From a candidate division WWE3 bacterium (GTDB lineage: Bacteria > Patescibacteriota > WWE3 > 2-01-FULL-39-13): 64,000 bases of DNA. Each line of letters begins with the position of its first letter. The first letter of the stretch is position 1. The notes under the pieces are model-generated. The model ran no database searches. It was not told the origin of the DNA and saw only the letters and a program-made list of their open reading frames with translations. Location: positions 191,298 to 255,297 of the forward strand of contig CALRDH010000001.1 of the NCBI GenBank assembly GCA_943354835.1. The letters run 5' to 3'. A program made the translations under genes and the position numbers. Positions 50,179 to 60,164 of the stretch are shown piece after piece.

Positions 50179-51102
50179 ATGAAATTGTTAAAACTGCTCA
50201 CTTCATTTTTGTTTATTCTTTTGTTAACTTTATACGCCTTTGCTCCAAACAAGGTTTACGCTTTTAATTTTTTTGGTGCTGTTTTAGGTGATGAGGATCA
50301 AAGTGACGGCAAAGATGAGGACGAGAATGAGAATGAGGATGAAAAAGATGATGAGGACCAAGAAGATGAAGACGACGAGGAAAAAGAAGAAGAGGAGAAG
50401 GAAGAAGAAGAGAATAAAGAAACTAGAACAACGACGGTGAATTCTGATGGCACAAGAACGGTTGTTAAAAGAAAGGTTGAGGATAATGGAAAGATCGAGA
50501 TCGAATCAAAGACGTATAGCATTAGTGGAAAGGTTATCGAGGAACAAAAAATAAAAAGTGGCGATAATGAAATTGAAGCTGAATTTAAAGGGATTTCTGA
50601 AGTAAAGTTTAAATCGAAAAATGGCGATGATTTTAAGTTGATGATTAAAGATGAGAATAAGATTCTTACGAAGGTTGTATATGATTCTGTTGAAAACAAC
50701 ATGCGTGTTGTAGGAAAGCCTGAAGATGAAAGTGATGATGTTTTAATTCGCGAAGAAAAAGACGGCACATATGAAATTGAAAAAGATGGCGAAAAGATGC
50801 AGGTTTTGTTGCCACTAACTGTTGATGATTCTGATGGAACTATTTCTGTTTTAACGGATTCTGGCGAGAAAACTTTGACGAATTTTCCAGATGAGCTTTT
50901 GAAAAAGGCTAAATCAACGGTCAAAGTAAAAGAAAAAGACGGCAAAGTTATATATGAACTTAGCGAAGAAAAAGCAGAAAAATTATTAGGGCTTTTTCAA
51001 ACAAATATCGCAAGCCTTGTTACATACGACGCTGAAACCGGAAACGAAATCGAAAGCCAACAAGACTTTTGGAACAAAATGATCGATGCGATTAGCTTCT
51101 GA
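50179..51102 (+). CDS. Secreted protein with a D/E-rich low-complexity tract
   Basis: Signal peptide, ~45-residue acidic run, C-terminal YDAETG. Confidence 0.8.
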   Translation: MKLLKLLTSFLFILLLTLYAFAPNKVYAFNFFGAVLGDEDQSDGKDEDENENEDEKDDEDQEDEDDEEKEEEEKEEEENKETRTTTVNSDGTRTVVKRKVEDNGKIEIESKTYSISGKVIEEQKIKSGDNEIEAEFKGISEVKFKSKNGDDFKLMIKDENKILTKVVYDSVENNMRVVGKPEDESDDVLIREEKDGTYEIEKDGEKMQVLLPLTVDDSDGTISVLTDSGEKTLTNFPDELLKKAKSTVKVKEKDGKVIYELSEEKAEKLLGLFQTNIASLVTYDAETGNEIESQQDFWNKMIDAISF

Positions 51103-51113
51103 TACAATAGGTA

Positions 51114-52004
51114 TTGATGAAACTCGAAAAAAGACTTATTTCAACTAATTTTGTTAAGACTCCGACTAAAAAGTATGGGATTTGTATTCACACTATGGTG
51201 GGAACTCTTTCTGGTACCGATTCTTTTTTTAGAAATCCAGCAGCTAAGGTTAGTTCACATTATGGTGTAGATTTAACGACAGATTCTGTTTATCAATGGG
51301 TAGAGGAGGGAAATATTGCGTGGGCGCAAGGGCGTATTAGCGGTCCGACAAATAAGCTTGTTTTAGATAAGGGTGGAGATCCAAACGAGTATTTTATTTC
51401 TATCGAATGTGCTGATAGTAGAAATCCTGCTGGGGCTGATAGATCATTGCAAACAAAAACAGTTGCAGAGCTTGTTGCTGATATTGTAACTCGAAATAAT
51501 ATTCCTTTAGATCGTGATCATGTTTGTGGACATAGGGAAATTTATGATAAGAAGAGTTGTCCAGGAAATTTAAATATCGATCAGATTGTAGAAATGGCTC
51601 GTGATATAATTTCTGGAATGGCAGATAATTTACTTGATCCAACAAAAGATTTACCAGCATGGTTAGAGGATATGTATGGTCTTAAAGATAAGGCTTGGTA
51701 TGATAAGCGCGGTAATTTCGGAGATGTTGTTAAAAAAGCTGATAGTTTGTATTCCAATGAACAGATTTTAAATAAGAGGATTGAAACTCTTGATAAAAAG
51801 GTTCTTGAATTGAATGCAAAGGTTTTGGAATTGAATAAGAAGTTGAGTGAATCAAGCCCATTACAAGGTGAAGTTGATGCTTTAAAAAGTAAACTTTCAA
51901 AAGCCGAAGCCGAAATTGTAGCTTTAAATAAAAAAATCGCAAATCAAACAAATCCATTTGAGGACTTTATAAAATACCTCGTTAACCTAGTAAAAAGATC
52001 GTAA
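51114..52004 (+). CDS. N-acetylmuramoyl-L-alanine amidase (Amidase_2) with coiled-coil tail
   Basis: ICIHT, VSSHY, AW, ISIE, GHRE...KSCPG. Confidence 0.9.
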   Translation: MMKLEKRLISTNFVKTPTKKYGICIHTMVGTLSGTDSFFRNPAAKVSSHYGVDLTTDSVYQWVEEGNIAWAQGRISGPTNKLVLDKGGDPNEYFISIECADSRNPAGADRSLQTKTVAELVADIVTRNNIPLDRDHVCGHREIYDKKSCPGNLNIDQIVEMARDIISGMADNLLDPTKDLPAWLEDMYGLKDKAWYDKRGNFGDVVKKADSLYSNEQILNKRIETLDKKVLELNAKVLELNKKLSESSPLQGEVDALKSKLSKAEAEIVALNKKIANQTNPFEDFIKYLVNLVKRS

Positions 52005-52421
52005 AAGTCTGAGATTTAATTCCAGGAGTTTCTTTCTTTTTGTAAATAGCTTTTATTTTTTTTATATAAATTTTTGGATAAACCTTTTAGTGATTTTAGT
52101 TTGGTTTTAAGTTTTACGTTAAACTTTCCTGTATTCATATTAAATTTAATAGTACAAAAATATTTCTCTTTTGTCTGCGTAGTAATCTGCGCGATTATCG
52201 CGTGGTACAGATTGAAAAATACCCGCTTGCAAATATCCTATAGTTATGTATAATCATCCCCATTCTGCTCAGGCACATTAAAAAAGTGCCTACTTACTGA
52301 AAGCCACGCTCAAAACCGAAAACTTGTCCCATTACCAAACAGGTGTAGTGAGAGTGACTCTCAGGAGGTAGGCAAAAAAACGTCGAAGTTCAAAAAACAA
52401 ACCCGCAGCTAGGAGCTAACA

Positions 52422-52868
52422 ATGTTAGTTTTCGTTTTGTTGAAGAACATTAAAAAAATCGTAGTTCCGGTTGGTCTTGTAATCATGATGTTGCTACTCG
52501 CAGCATTTGAGTGCACTCCTGAGGAGCCACGGGGGAAAGCCCTCCAGCCGGTCTACGGAACATCGTCGGAACAAGCAGTCGTGCAAAGATTTGTACAAAT
52601 ACGGTCAGCAAAAAGCTGCGAGCCATATTTTGAGGTCGAGATGACATCCCAAGGGGCAAGACACACTTACACAATTGTGAAGAGCCCGGCAGGGTTAGGG
52701 GTTGGTCTTGTCGACGACCCGAATAATTTCAATCTAGTGCGGCTTGATGACGAAGTCGAGATGGAATTCGAAGAAGGTTTCAAAGCCACCTTTGACCCTA
52801 CTCCGGCGTTCAATCCAGAAACCGGCTGTTTTGAGTCACAAGATTTTGCCGTGATTTTTAGACGTTAG
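52422..52868 (+). CDS. Putative lipoprotein-like exported protein (cassette 2)
   Basis: Signal peptide LLLAAFECTPEE; SD-like TAGGAG; GC-richer. Confidence 0.7.
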   Translation: MLVFVLLKNIKKIVVPVGLVIMMLLLAAFECTPEEPRGKALQPVYGTSSEQAVVQRFVQIRSAKSCEPYFEVEMTSQGARHTYTIVKSPAGLGVGLVDDPNNFNLVRLDDEVEMEFEEGFKATFDPTPAFNPETGCFESQDFAVIFRR

Positions 52869-52953
52869 CCCTCCCTCCGCCGTACCGCGGTACTTTTCAA
52901 TTTTTTGTTTTGTGTTTTAGGCTTTTTAACCTATAATATTTCTTGTTTTTATT

Positions 52954-53754
52954 ATGCCCGATAGTACCGAATTGCTAGAATTTAATACTGCTTTGTATGT
53001 TAACCCTAAAGGGTCTGTTTTGGATATTCCTGAATTAAATGACTCAATTGATCGTGTTGCTCCATTTATTGGTAGATGGTACGGAGCTGGCACGAAGGAG
53101 ACTCCAGCGCAGTCGATGGAGCTTGATTTTGGCGGTAGTAATATGGCAGCGGTTACTTTCAAAGATAATGAAGTTGTCGGATATTTAAGTGGCCAACTAT
53201 TTGAGACGGATGGTCTTTTTGGCAATGATCTTACTCAGGTTTTTCGAACATATGGTTTTGTAGTGAATCCAGATTATAGAGGTATGGGAATTGGAGGTGT
53301 TTTATTCGAAAATATTTTAGGACAATGCGATGCATTTTATGGAGATACAAGAAATTTTTCTGTTGTTCGAATTGCAGCAAAATTAGCACAAGAACGTGGT
53401 GATTACCTGCAATTTGGATTTCAAAGATATATCCCTGATTGGGCGGTTCAACACAAACATGAATTTCAACAGCTTATAAGGTCTCTTTGGTACGAAAATT
53501 TAAAATCTGTTGCCGGTTCGGATGGATATCAAATCCCAGAAAAACATTCAAAGAGGCTTTGTTATTCAGCTGAATATGCATATGGACTTTGGCCACAGTA
53601 CACATATGCTCCTGAATGGATAACAACAGGAGAGCAACCAATAAAAGAAGGTGAACTTTTTAATGAAATGTTTGAGTTTTTAAACCAATATCCAGATCTT
53701 TATTCTCCAATGCTCTACGTAAAACGCCCTTGTTTACCGATATTTTTATTCTAA
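52954..53754 (+). CDS. GNAT-family acetyltransferase
   Basis: VVNPDYRGMGIG acetyl-CoA motif. Confidence 0.8.
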   Translation: MPDSTELLEFNTALYVNPKGSVLDIPELNDSIDRVAPFIGRWYGAGTKETPAQSMELDFGGSNMAAVTFKDNEVVGYLSGQLFETDGLFGNDLTQVFRTYGFVVNPDYRGMGIGGVLFENILGQCDAFYGDTRNFSVVRIAAKLAQERGDYLQFGFQRYIPDWAVQHKHEFQQLIRSLWYENLKSVAGSDGYQIPEKHSKRLCYSAEYAYGLWPQYTYAPEWITTGEQPIKEGELFNEMFEFLNQYPDLYSPMLYVKRPCLPIFLF

Positions 53755-54502
53755 GTGCTAGAAGTCCTAGTACAGCTACTGCTGATGATGCGTAGATTGC
53801 TATCATCCATGGTTCTTTTGTGTCTGTTCCGGCTGATATTCCATGTATTAGAAATAGTATGTAAAAGAGAAAGCTTGAGTAGTGAATTTTTCTCCATATT
53901 TTTGTGTTTAGTATTTTTCCACGCAAATGAGATGTTGTTATAAGAATTAAAGCCAAGTATAAAGCGATTACTCCAATTGCAATCGGAAGGCTTATATTTA
54001 CTCCTATAGACGATGTTAAATCCCTTTGTAAAAGGAACGGTACAAATATTTCTGCTGGTTGTAAAACAATATACATATCAAACATCAAAGAAATTATGTG
54101 AAACACTAAAAATCCAAATGCTAAATAAGTTGCTGTAAATGAATGAGATTCAAGCGCACTTGCTGGCATAACAAACCTCATAAATTTCAAGCTTAACTTT
54201 GTCGACATAAAAAGTCCCATGCAAATAACAAGCGTAAAAAGCACAAACGAAGTAATCCCGGAAATTCTTGCAAGATACCAAGCGACTGGAATATTAGTTT
54301 CAATTTTATTTGGCCAAATAATCTCCTTTGAATCAGCAACAAGCGGATTAGTTTTATAAATTGTTGTTTCTGCGGAATCTGAAATACCATCTAAATCAGA
54401 ATCCTTTTGATCTATCGCAAACGCATTAGAAGATGCAAAAAGGAAAGAGGCAAATGCAAATAAAATCGTGGTCAGCAAAATCTTAATTTTCTTTCCAAAC
54501 AT
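53660..54502 (-). CDS. Ferric-reductase-like (MsrQ-type) transmembrane protein
   Basis: WYLARISG, conserved His (ESH, FHI, WRKIHY, IHG), GTD. Confidence 0.85.
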   Translation of the reverse strand: MFGKKIKILLTTILFAFASFLFASSNAFAIDQKDSDLDGISDSAETTIYKTNPLVADSKEIIWPNKIETNIPVAWYLARISGITSFVLFTLVICMGLFMSTKLSLKFMRFVMPASALESHSFTATYLAFGFLVFHIISLMFDMYIVLQPAEIFVPFLLQRDLTSSIGVNISLPIAIGVIALYLALILITTSHLRGKILNTKIWRKIHYSSFLFYILFLIHGISAGTDTKEPWMIAIYASSAVAVLGLLALRIKISVNKGVLRRALENKDLDIGLKTQTFH

Positions 54503-55400
54503 ATTTTTTTGCTTTCGAACTAATGAAAACCTCTTCGCCTTTAGTCATTATAACCGATGCAATATTTTTATCTTTACTAAAATCCTGTGCATTTTTTAAA
54601 CCCATTAACACAAGACATTTCGCATAAACATCAGCTTCAACAACATCACTAGAAACTACAGTTGCTGTAACTATCTCATTTTGAACACTATCCATTTTAA
54701 ACGGATCAATCAAATGATTCTTAGCTTGGCCATTTAAAACCCACTTTCTGCGATTTATTCCAGAAGTACAAATACCCTTATTCCTTACAATTAAAGTTGG
54801 CGTTTCTAAATCTTCAATCCGAATCGCCCAATATGGATAATTATTCAAAGTGTCTTTACCCGACAAGTACATATCACCACCAGCATTCACGCAATAATTA
54901 TCATATTTAATGCTTAAAAATTCAGATACTCTTTTTACAATAAAACTTTTTCCGATGCCTCCTAAATCAATATTTAAATCAATTGGCTTTGAAATTTGTT
55001 TAGATTTTTCATCGACGAGTATTTCATCCATAGAAAAAATCTTGTCGTTTAACATTTGGACATTTTTAGAATAACCAGAATTAATTAACGTGTTAATTAT
55101 CGTTGGATTGAAAAAACCATTTGTTTTTTTATAAAATTTTTTGCATAAAACTAGCATTTCAAAAAGGTCACCGGAGGTTGTAAGATTTGCGGAATTGTTA
55201 AAAACAAAAAGTTCATTATTTTCAATAAACCTACTAAATCTCTTTTCAAAAGATCTAAACATTTCAATACCTTGTTCTAAGTCTTTTTTAATTTCTTTTT
55301 TTGAGAATTTTTCAGACGATGCAAAAAGATAAACATCAGTCGACATTATTTCATTGTGGATTTCGATTTCAGAGTAGTTCAATCGCGTCGTTAATGCCAT
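54483..55400 (-). CDS. apbE: FAD:protein FMN transferase
   Basis: MST, FSRF, FNPTI, DLGGIGK, VNAGGD, TSG, HLIDP, ADVYAK. Confidence 0.93.
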   Translation of the reverse strand: MALTTRLNYSEIEIHNEIMSTDVYLFASSEKFSKKEIKKDLEQGIEMFRSFEKRFSRFIENNELFVFNNSANLTTSGDLFEMLVLCKKFYKKTNGFFNPTIINTLINSGYSKNVQMLNDKIFSMDEILVDEKSKQISKPIDLNIDLGGIGKSFIVKRVSEFLSIKYDNYCVNAGGDMYLSGKDTLNNYPYWAIRIEDLETPTLIVRNKGICTSGINRRKWVLNGQAKNHLIDPFKMDSVQNEIVTATVVSSDVVEADVYAKCLVLMGLKNAQDFSKDKNIASVIMTKGEEVFISSKAKKYVWKEN

Positions 55401-55800
55401 TTTTATTGATATCTTCAAATGGGATATATGAAAAATCATCTTCGCCTGGATATCTATCTAAGGCATTTGGAACAGAATCTAAATCATCGTCTGTAAAAAA
55501 ATCCCATTCTGGAGTATTTGGATTTGGGTCAATTGCATCAACCAATTTATCGCCATCAGAATCATTAACAAATTCGAGTGGGAGTACGTCTACGACTTTT
55601 GTAACAATAGGAAGCAAAACCTCTTCATAGACTTCTGGTCTACGTTCATCATCGTCATCTTCTTCCTCCTCCTCGTTTTCTTCTTCGTCATCATCTTCCG
55701 CAAAAATGCTTGTCGGGTTAATAATATTTTGCTTTTCATACGAAAAAAGCATCAGCCCGAGAATTAAAAATATAATTGATAATAACGTTAATTTTTTCAT
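55369..55800 (-). CDS. Exported acidic protein with TSP3-like Ca-binding repeats
   Basis: DSDGDKLVDAIDPNP, DDDLDSVPNALDRYPGEDD. Confidence 0.75.
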   Translation of the reverse strand: MKKLTLLSIIFLILGLMLFSYEKQNIINPTSIFAEDDDEEENEEEEEDDDDERRPEVYEEVLLPIVTKVVDVLPLEFVNDSDGDKLVDAIDPNPNTPEWDFFTDDDLDSVPNALDRYPGEDDFSYIPFEDINKNGINDAIELL

Positions 55801-56168
55801 GATGTTTTTGTAACTGGTTTTGATTGTGGTTTCATAAATTTTTGTGTTTGCTGTGGAAGCGTTACCGTTGTTTTTATAGGAACTGCTCTTTGTGCGATTA
55901 AATCAGGTTGTCTTGCCAAAAGCTGATTATATTGGGTCTGGATTTCAGCCATCTTATCTCGGTTTTGTTTTTGTATCGCTTGAATATTTTCCAAATTCGA
56001 CTTTTGATACAGTGTCCAATTATTAAATGCACCTTCTTTAGCTTGTCTTGAAAGTGCAAGCTTTTCGATTTTTTTAGATCTCTCTGTAAAAAGAACCGCA
56101 AAACTAGAAGATGCGAAAAATACAATTGTAATTACAACCAAAGCGAGTCTTAAAAAAATCTTATTCAT
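55797..56168 (-). CDS. Membrane-anchored coiled-coil protein, candidate flavinylation substrate
   Basis: TM, coiled coil, flexible tail ending PVTKTS; first gene of the apbE cluster. Confidence 0.65.
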   Translation of the reverse strand: MNKIFLRLALVVITIVFFASSSFAVLFTERSKKIEKLALSRQAKEGAFNNWTLYQKSNLENIQAIQKQNRDKMAEIQTQYNQLLARQPDLIAQRAVPIKTTVTLPQQTQKFMKPQSKPVTKTS

Positions 56169-57421
56169 AACAAAAATATTCTAGCATTTTGGGTTTTAAT
56201 CGCACAAATTAGAGGGAAGTATTTTGAATAGCCATTTATTTCACAATCATAATTGTTCCATGGATTTTGATATCCAATTATTGATATTAAAATTGTTATC
56301 GCATAAATAAAACCAATCAAGGCGATTAATATTTTCGAATTTTTAAATTTGGATAATAGATTATTAATATTTTCGACGCTTAGTATATAAAGTAGTGGAA
56401 TTAGTGGCAGAAATCTTCGTGGGCCAAAGGAAGATCCTCCGTAGTTTTTTTGCATAAATGTATTGAGTAATATATAGCCCAAAGTTATTGCAATTATTAA
56501 TATCCATTTTTTATCAAATCGTTTAACAAAAAGTGAAAATAGAAGTATCGGTTGATATAAAAATAAACCGTATGTTCCGAACGTGTAGTTGAAAAAGCGT
56601 ATTAGTATTGGATCGTCTAGAAGTTCGAATCCAGTTTTATTATAAAGCCATTTTGAATTCTCGTATGATAAATAGATGCTTGGAAACAATTGTGGCGGAA
56701 GTAGCGTTTTAAATTGAATGTAATTCAAAACAAAATGGAAGATCGTTATTGGTAAGCTCGATAATAATATTATTAGTAGATTTTTTATTTTTAAATTATT
56801 TTTGTGTGTAAATATGTACCAACATAAAGTCACAGGTATAACAATCGCACCGCTTGTAATATCAATCGCAAGAATCAGCGAAAGTAAAACACCAATTGCT
56901 AAAGATGTTGTGACGTTTTGTTTTTTTTGAATTAAAAAATAAAAAAGAAGAAGATGGACCGCAGTTTCAAGTATGTGATTAGTTAAAAATTGAGAGTATG
57001 AAAATATCAATGTTCCGAAAATTAAAAATAATGAATGTTTTAAATTAAGGATTTTCCTTGAAGTTATAAAAATTATTAAGATCGGAATTATATTAGTTAG
57101 AAATGTGGAAAGTTTGTATATAGCAACTTGGTTTTGTATAAGTGCCGGTTTTATTTGGAAAACGAATTTAATAAAGTTTCCTGTTACGAAATTTAAAAAC
57201 GGGGGCTTTGATGAATAACTTTTTCCTTCATATACTACTCTATCGCCGATCTTACTGTAAGGTGTATCGTCTATATTAAGTTTTGAACTTTGCACGATCG
57301 ACATTATTCCTGCAAGTCTTGATGCGTCATTGTCTGATATTGGATGTGAAGGAATTCTTATGAAAAAAAATATTAGGATAAAGATTGAAAAAAATAGTGT
57401 TGTCAAATTTATTTTTAGCAT
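56165..57421 (-). CDS. GT-C-like multi-pass membrane protein
   Basis: NDASR, YSSKPP, NH, GSSFGPRRF. Confidence 0.7.
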   Translation of the reverse strand: MLKINLTTLFFSIFILIFFFIRIPSHPISDNDASRLAGIMSIVQSSKLNIDDTPYSKIGDRVVYEGKSYSSKPPFLNFVTGNFIKFVFQIKPALIQNQVAIYKLSTFLTNIIPILIIFITSRKILNLKHSLFLIFGTLIFSYSQFLTNHILETAVHLLLFYFLIQKKQNVTTSLAIGVLLSLILAIDITSGAIVIPVTLCWYIFTHKNNLKIKNLLIILLSSLPITIFHFVLNYIQFKTLLPPQLFPSIYLSYENSKWLYNKTGFELLDDPILIRFFNYTFGTYGLFLYQPILLFSLFVKRFDKKWILIIAITLGYILLNTFMQKNYGGSSFGPRRFLPLIPLLYILSVENINNLLSKFKNSKILIALIGFIYAITILISIIGYQNPWNNYDCEINGYSKYFPLICAIKTQNARIFLL

Positions 57422-57440
57422 GTTACATGTTACATTGTAG

Positions 57441-59063
57441 TTGATATTTCTTATGTATAAAACATTTAAATCTGGACGGTTTCATTACTTTATTCTTATT
57501 TCTTTTTTATTAATCGCTCTTTTTTTTAGGTTTTATAATCTTGGATATTCTGATTTTCAAGGGGATGAAGCGAAAATTTTTTTATATAGAACATTAGATC
57601 AGGATTTTATTTCAACTTTATTTACAAATTCCAAGGGTCCGGGGCAATATATCGTTGTTTATCTGATGGATAAAATATATGGGATTATCGGCGGAGGTTT
57701 TGACCAAGAACCTTTTTTTAGAATTCCATTTGCTTTAGTCGGGGGAGGTTCCGTCTGGCTTTTTTATAGACTTGGAAAATTATTTGGCGGCAAGAATGCA
57801 GGCTTGTATGCCTGCATTCTTGCCAGTTTAAATGGATTTTTCATTGCTTTTTCTCGGATTGTTCAATACCAATCTTTCAATATCCTTTTGTCCTTAATAT
57901 CATCTATATTTTTTATAATTTATCTGAAAAATAAATCTAAAAAACACTTGTTTGTATCCGGGTTTGTGTCAGCAATTGGTTTCCTTTTCCATTATGACGC
58001 GATTTTTTACATCGTTCCTCAATGCATAATCCTACTTCTTTCTCTAAATCGAGAAACTTTAATTAGAAATATTTCAGCTTATATTTTTGGTTTATCATTT
58101 GTTCTAGTTTTCTTTTTGCCTTATATATTTAGTAGTTCATTTTATTCAACTATAAATTACATTTTGAACGAAAGGTCAATTGGCTTTTTTAGTTACGATT
58201 CCATTTATTATGGTTTTAAATTGATATCAATATATTTCCCTAAGGAATTTGTAATTTCAATTGGTCTAGTTTTATGTTTATCGTTTATTTTTTGGTATAA
58301 AACACACCGAGACAAATTGGTTTTGATATTACTTTTTTTAATCACAGCTTTAATTATTGCCAGATATATTAATGTTGAGCCACGGAGAATTCTAATTTTC
58401 CCATCAACATTTTTAGCAGTATTTGCAATTATTATTTTTCTAATGAAAAAATTAAAAGTTTCATTAATAGATAGCTACTTGTTTCTATGGGTCAGTATTT
58501 CTTTCGTAGTTTTCTTCTTATTTTTAAACAAACCGTTAACTCATATCTACAATGTTTTTATTCCATTAACTTTTGTTGTTGCAATTAATTTTGATAGATT
58601 AAAGTATCATTTAACAAAAATTATTGGGCTGTCGTTGGTAACTCTTGCATTAATATCATTCAATTATCAAGCTTATATTGAAAACGGCTCGGAATATCCA
58701 TGGAGTAAAAAAACATACCTATTTGGCGATATGTATAGTGGGATTTCAGAAGGTGAGATAGTTCGAGGGATCTTTGGTTTTCCATATTATAGGAATTTAA
58801 ATAATCTAGGCATGTCAGTTTCATCAATTATTCAAAAAAATGAAAAGCCTATTTTATACTCAAACATTAAGGACTCAAGGCTTAAGTTTTATGTTGACGC
58901 GAAATATCCTGCTAATGGAAGTAATGAAATTCCTGTGTATGTAGAAATTAAAAACTCTATTGACTATGAAGGCAATTATCCACCAAAGGATTTGATTTTA
59001 GAAAAAGTTTTGGAGACGACATGGTATTCTGTTTATAGAGGAAAGTTTTATGTCTTTTATTAA
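57441..59063 (+). CDS. ArnT/PMT-like (GT83/GT39) glycosyltransferase
   Basis: RFYNLG...QGDE, KGP, RIPFAL, FSRIVQYQ, HYD. Confidence 0.8.
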   Translation: MIFLMYKTFKSGRFHYFILISFLLIALFFRFYNLGYSDFQGDEAKIFLYRTLDQDFISTLFTNSKGPGQYIVVYLMDKIYGIIGGGFDQEPFFRIPFALVGGGSVWLFYRLGKLFGGKNAGLYACILASLNGFFIAFSRIVQYQSFNILLSLISSIFFIIYLKNKSKKHLFVSGFVSAIGFLFHYDAIFYIVPQCIILLLSLNRETLIRNISAYIFGLSFVLVFFLPYIFSSSFYSTINYILNERSIGFFSYDSIYYGFKLISIYFPKEFVISIGLVLCLSFIFWYKTHRDKLVLILLFLITALIIARYINVEPRRILIFPSTFLAVFAIIIFLMKKLKVSLIDSYLFLWVSISFVVFFLFLNKPLTHIYNVFIPLTFVVAINFDRLKYHLTKIIGLSLVTLALISFNYQAYIENGSEYPWSKKTYLFGDMYSGISEGEIVRGIFGFPYYRNLNNLGMSVSSIIQKNEKPILYSNIKDSRLKFYVDAKYPANGSNEIPVYVEIKNSIDYEGNYPPKDLILEKVLETTWYSVYRGKFYVFY

Positions 59064-59244
59064 GAATTTTATTTTAGGACCGATGAAGTGTCCGACATGT
59101 AAAGGTAAGGGTGTTGTTAAGTGTAAGAAGTGTGGTGGTAAAGGTGCTTTGGGTTGGCCAGCAAAATTAGATTGTAAACAATGTAAAACTTCTGGTGATG
59201 TTAAGTGTGTGAACTGCAAAGGCAAGGGCTACGTTAATAGATAG
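59050..59244 (+). CDS. Small DnaJ-type zinc-finger protein
   Basis: Four CxxC(xGxG) repeats in 64 aa. Confidence 0.75.
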   Translation: MSFIKNFILGPMKCPTCKGKGVVKCKKCGGKGALGWPAKLDCKQCKTSGDVKCVNCKGKGYVNR

Positions 59245-59269
59245 TTTTTTATTATGCTAAGATTCTGAC

Positions 59270-59977
59270 ATGGAATTTATAGAGGCTGACTACGAAAATA
59301 TTCATTTTAGAATTGAAGAAGCTAGGTATAAGTTTTCTCCCGAAGAGTTAGCAGAAGCTAAATTAATTTGGGATAAAAAGGTTTCAGAAAATCCTAGAAT
59401 TTTTAACGGACAAGCATTTGCTGGATACGGATATGACTTAATAGATGGAAAACATATAATAACTGTTACTGATGTCCTTTATGATAAATTTATTTGGAAC
59501 AGGGAAACAGGTAGAAGTCTTCCCGGATTTTCGTCTTTGGTAGTTGGTGTTGTTCTTCATAAAGACGGGAAAGTATATTTACCAATTCGTGGAGGAACTA
59601 CATATTTTTCAGGTAGATTACATCCAGTTCTAGGTGGCGTCGACTATGATGAAAGCATTAGCGGTCAAGATCTTGGTTACTACATTAAAAGCATAGGTTT
59701 TAAAGAGTTGGAAGAGGAGGTTGGATTAGATAATTCAATTTCCTTGGATGATTTGCAATTTTGGGGATTTTTGTACGATGCAAAACTAGAACGTTTCGAT
59801 ATGATTTTTTTATGTGAATGCGAAATTAAATCGCTTACAAACTGGGAGAATTCAGGGGTTGGTGTTTTTACACGCGCTGAGTTTGAGGAAAAACTAAAAG
59901 CTGAACCAGACGCATTTTTGCCAACTCAACAAGCTCTATTTCCTGCGATTCTAAAAGAAGACAAAATTTGGGAATAA
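59270..59977 (+). CDS. NUDIX-like hydrolase
   Basis: IFNG, GG...KELEEEVGL Nudix-like box. Confidence 0.7.
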   Translation: MEFIEADYENIHFRIEEARYKFSPEELAEAKLIWDKKVSENPRIFNGQAFAGYGYDLIDGKHIITVTDVLYDKFIWNRETGRSLPGFSSLVVGVVLHKDGKVYLPIRGGTTYFSGRLHPVLGGVDYDESISGQDLGYYIKSIGFKELEEEVGLDNSISLDDLQFWGFLYDAKLERFDMIFLCECEIKSLTNWENSGVGVFTRAEFEEKLKAEPDAFLPTQQALFPAILKEDKIWE

Positions 59978-59997
59978 AAATCTATGTCAAATCTCCA

Positions 59998-60014
59998 AAA
60001 AGGGCTACCCTTAT
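59998..60014 (-). repeat. 17-bp hairpin repeat, copy 4, after tRNA-Trp
   Basis: Reverse complement ATAAGGGTAGCCCTTTT is identical to 18264-18280. Confidence 0.75.
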
Positions 60015-60017
60015 TTA

Positions 60018-60092
60018 TGGCAGGCGGGGTGGGGCTCGAACCCACAGTCCGGGTTTTGGAGACCCGTGGTTTGCCAATTAACCGACCCGCCT
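60018..60092 (-). tRNA. tRNA-Trp(CCA)
   Basis: AGGCGGG acceptor; CGGGT-CT-CCA-AA-ACCCG; GCCA. Confidence 0.96.
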
Positions 60093-60164
60093 ATGGTGCC
60101 TTCTAATATGCTACATTTATTATAGCAAGAAAAGAATTTTAAAACCTTTAGGAGGTGATTCTGA

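Noticed and set aside
51114-52004. Amidase as a prophage endolysin
   Set aside because: No holin or phage genes nearby; its neighbours are host cell-envelope genes.
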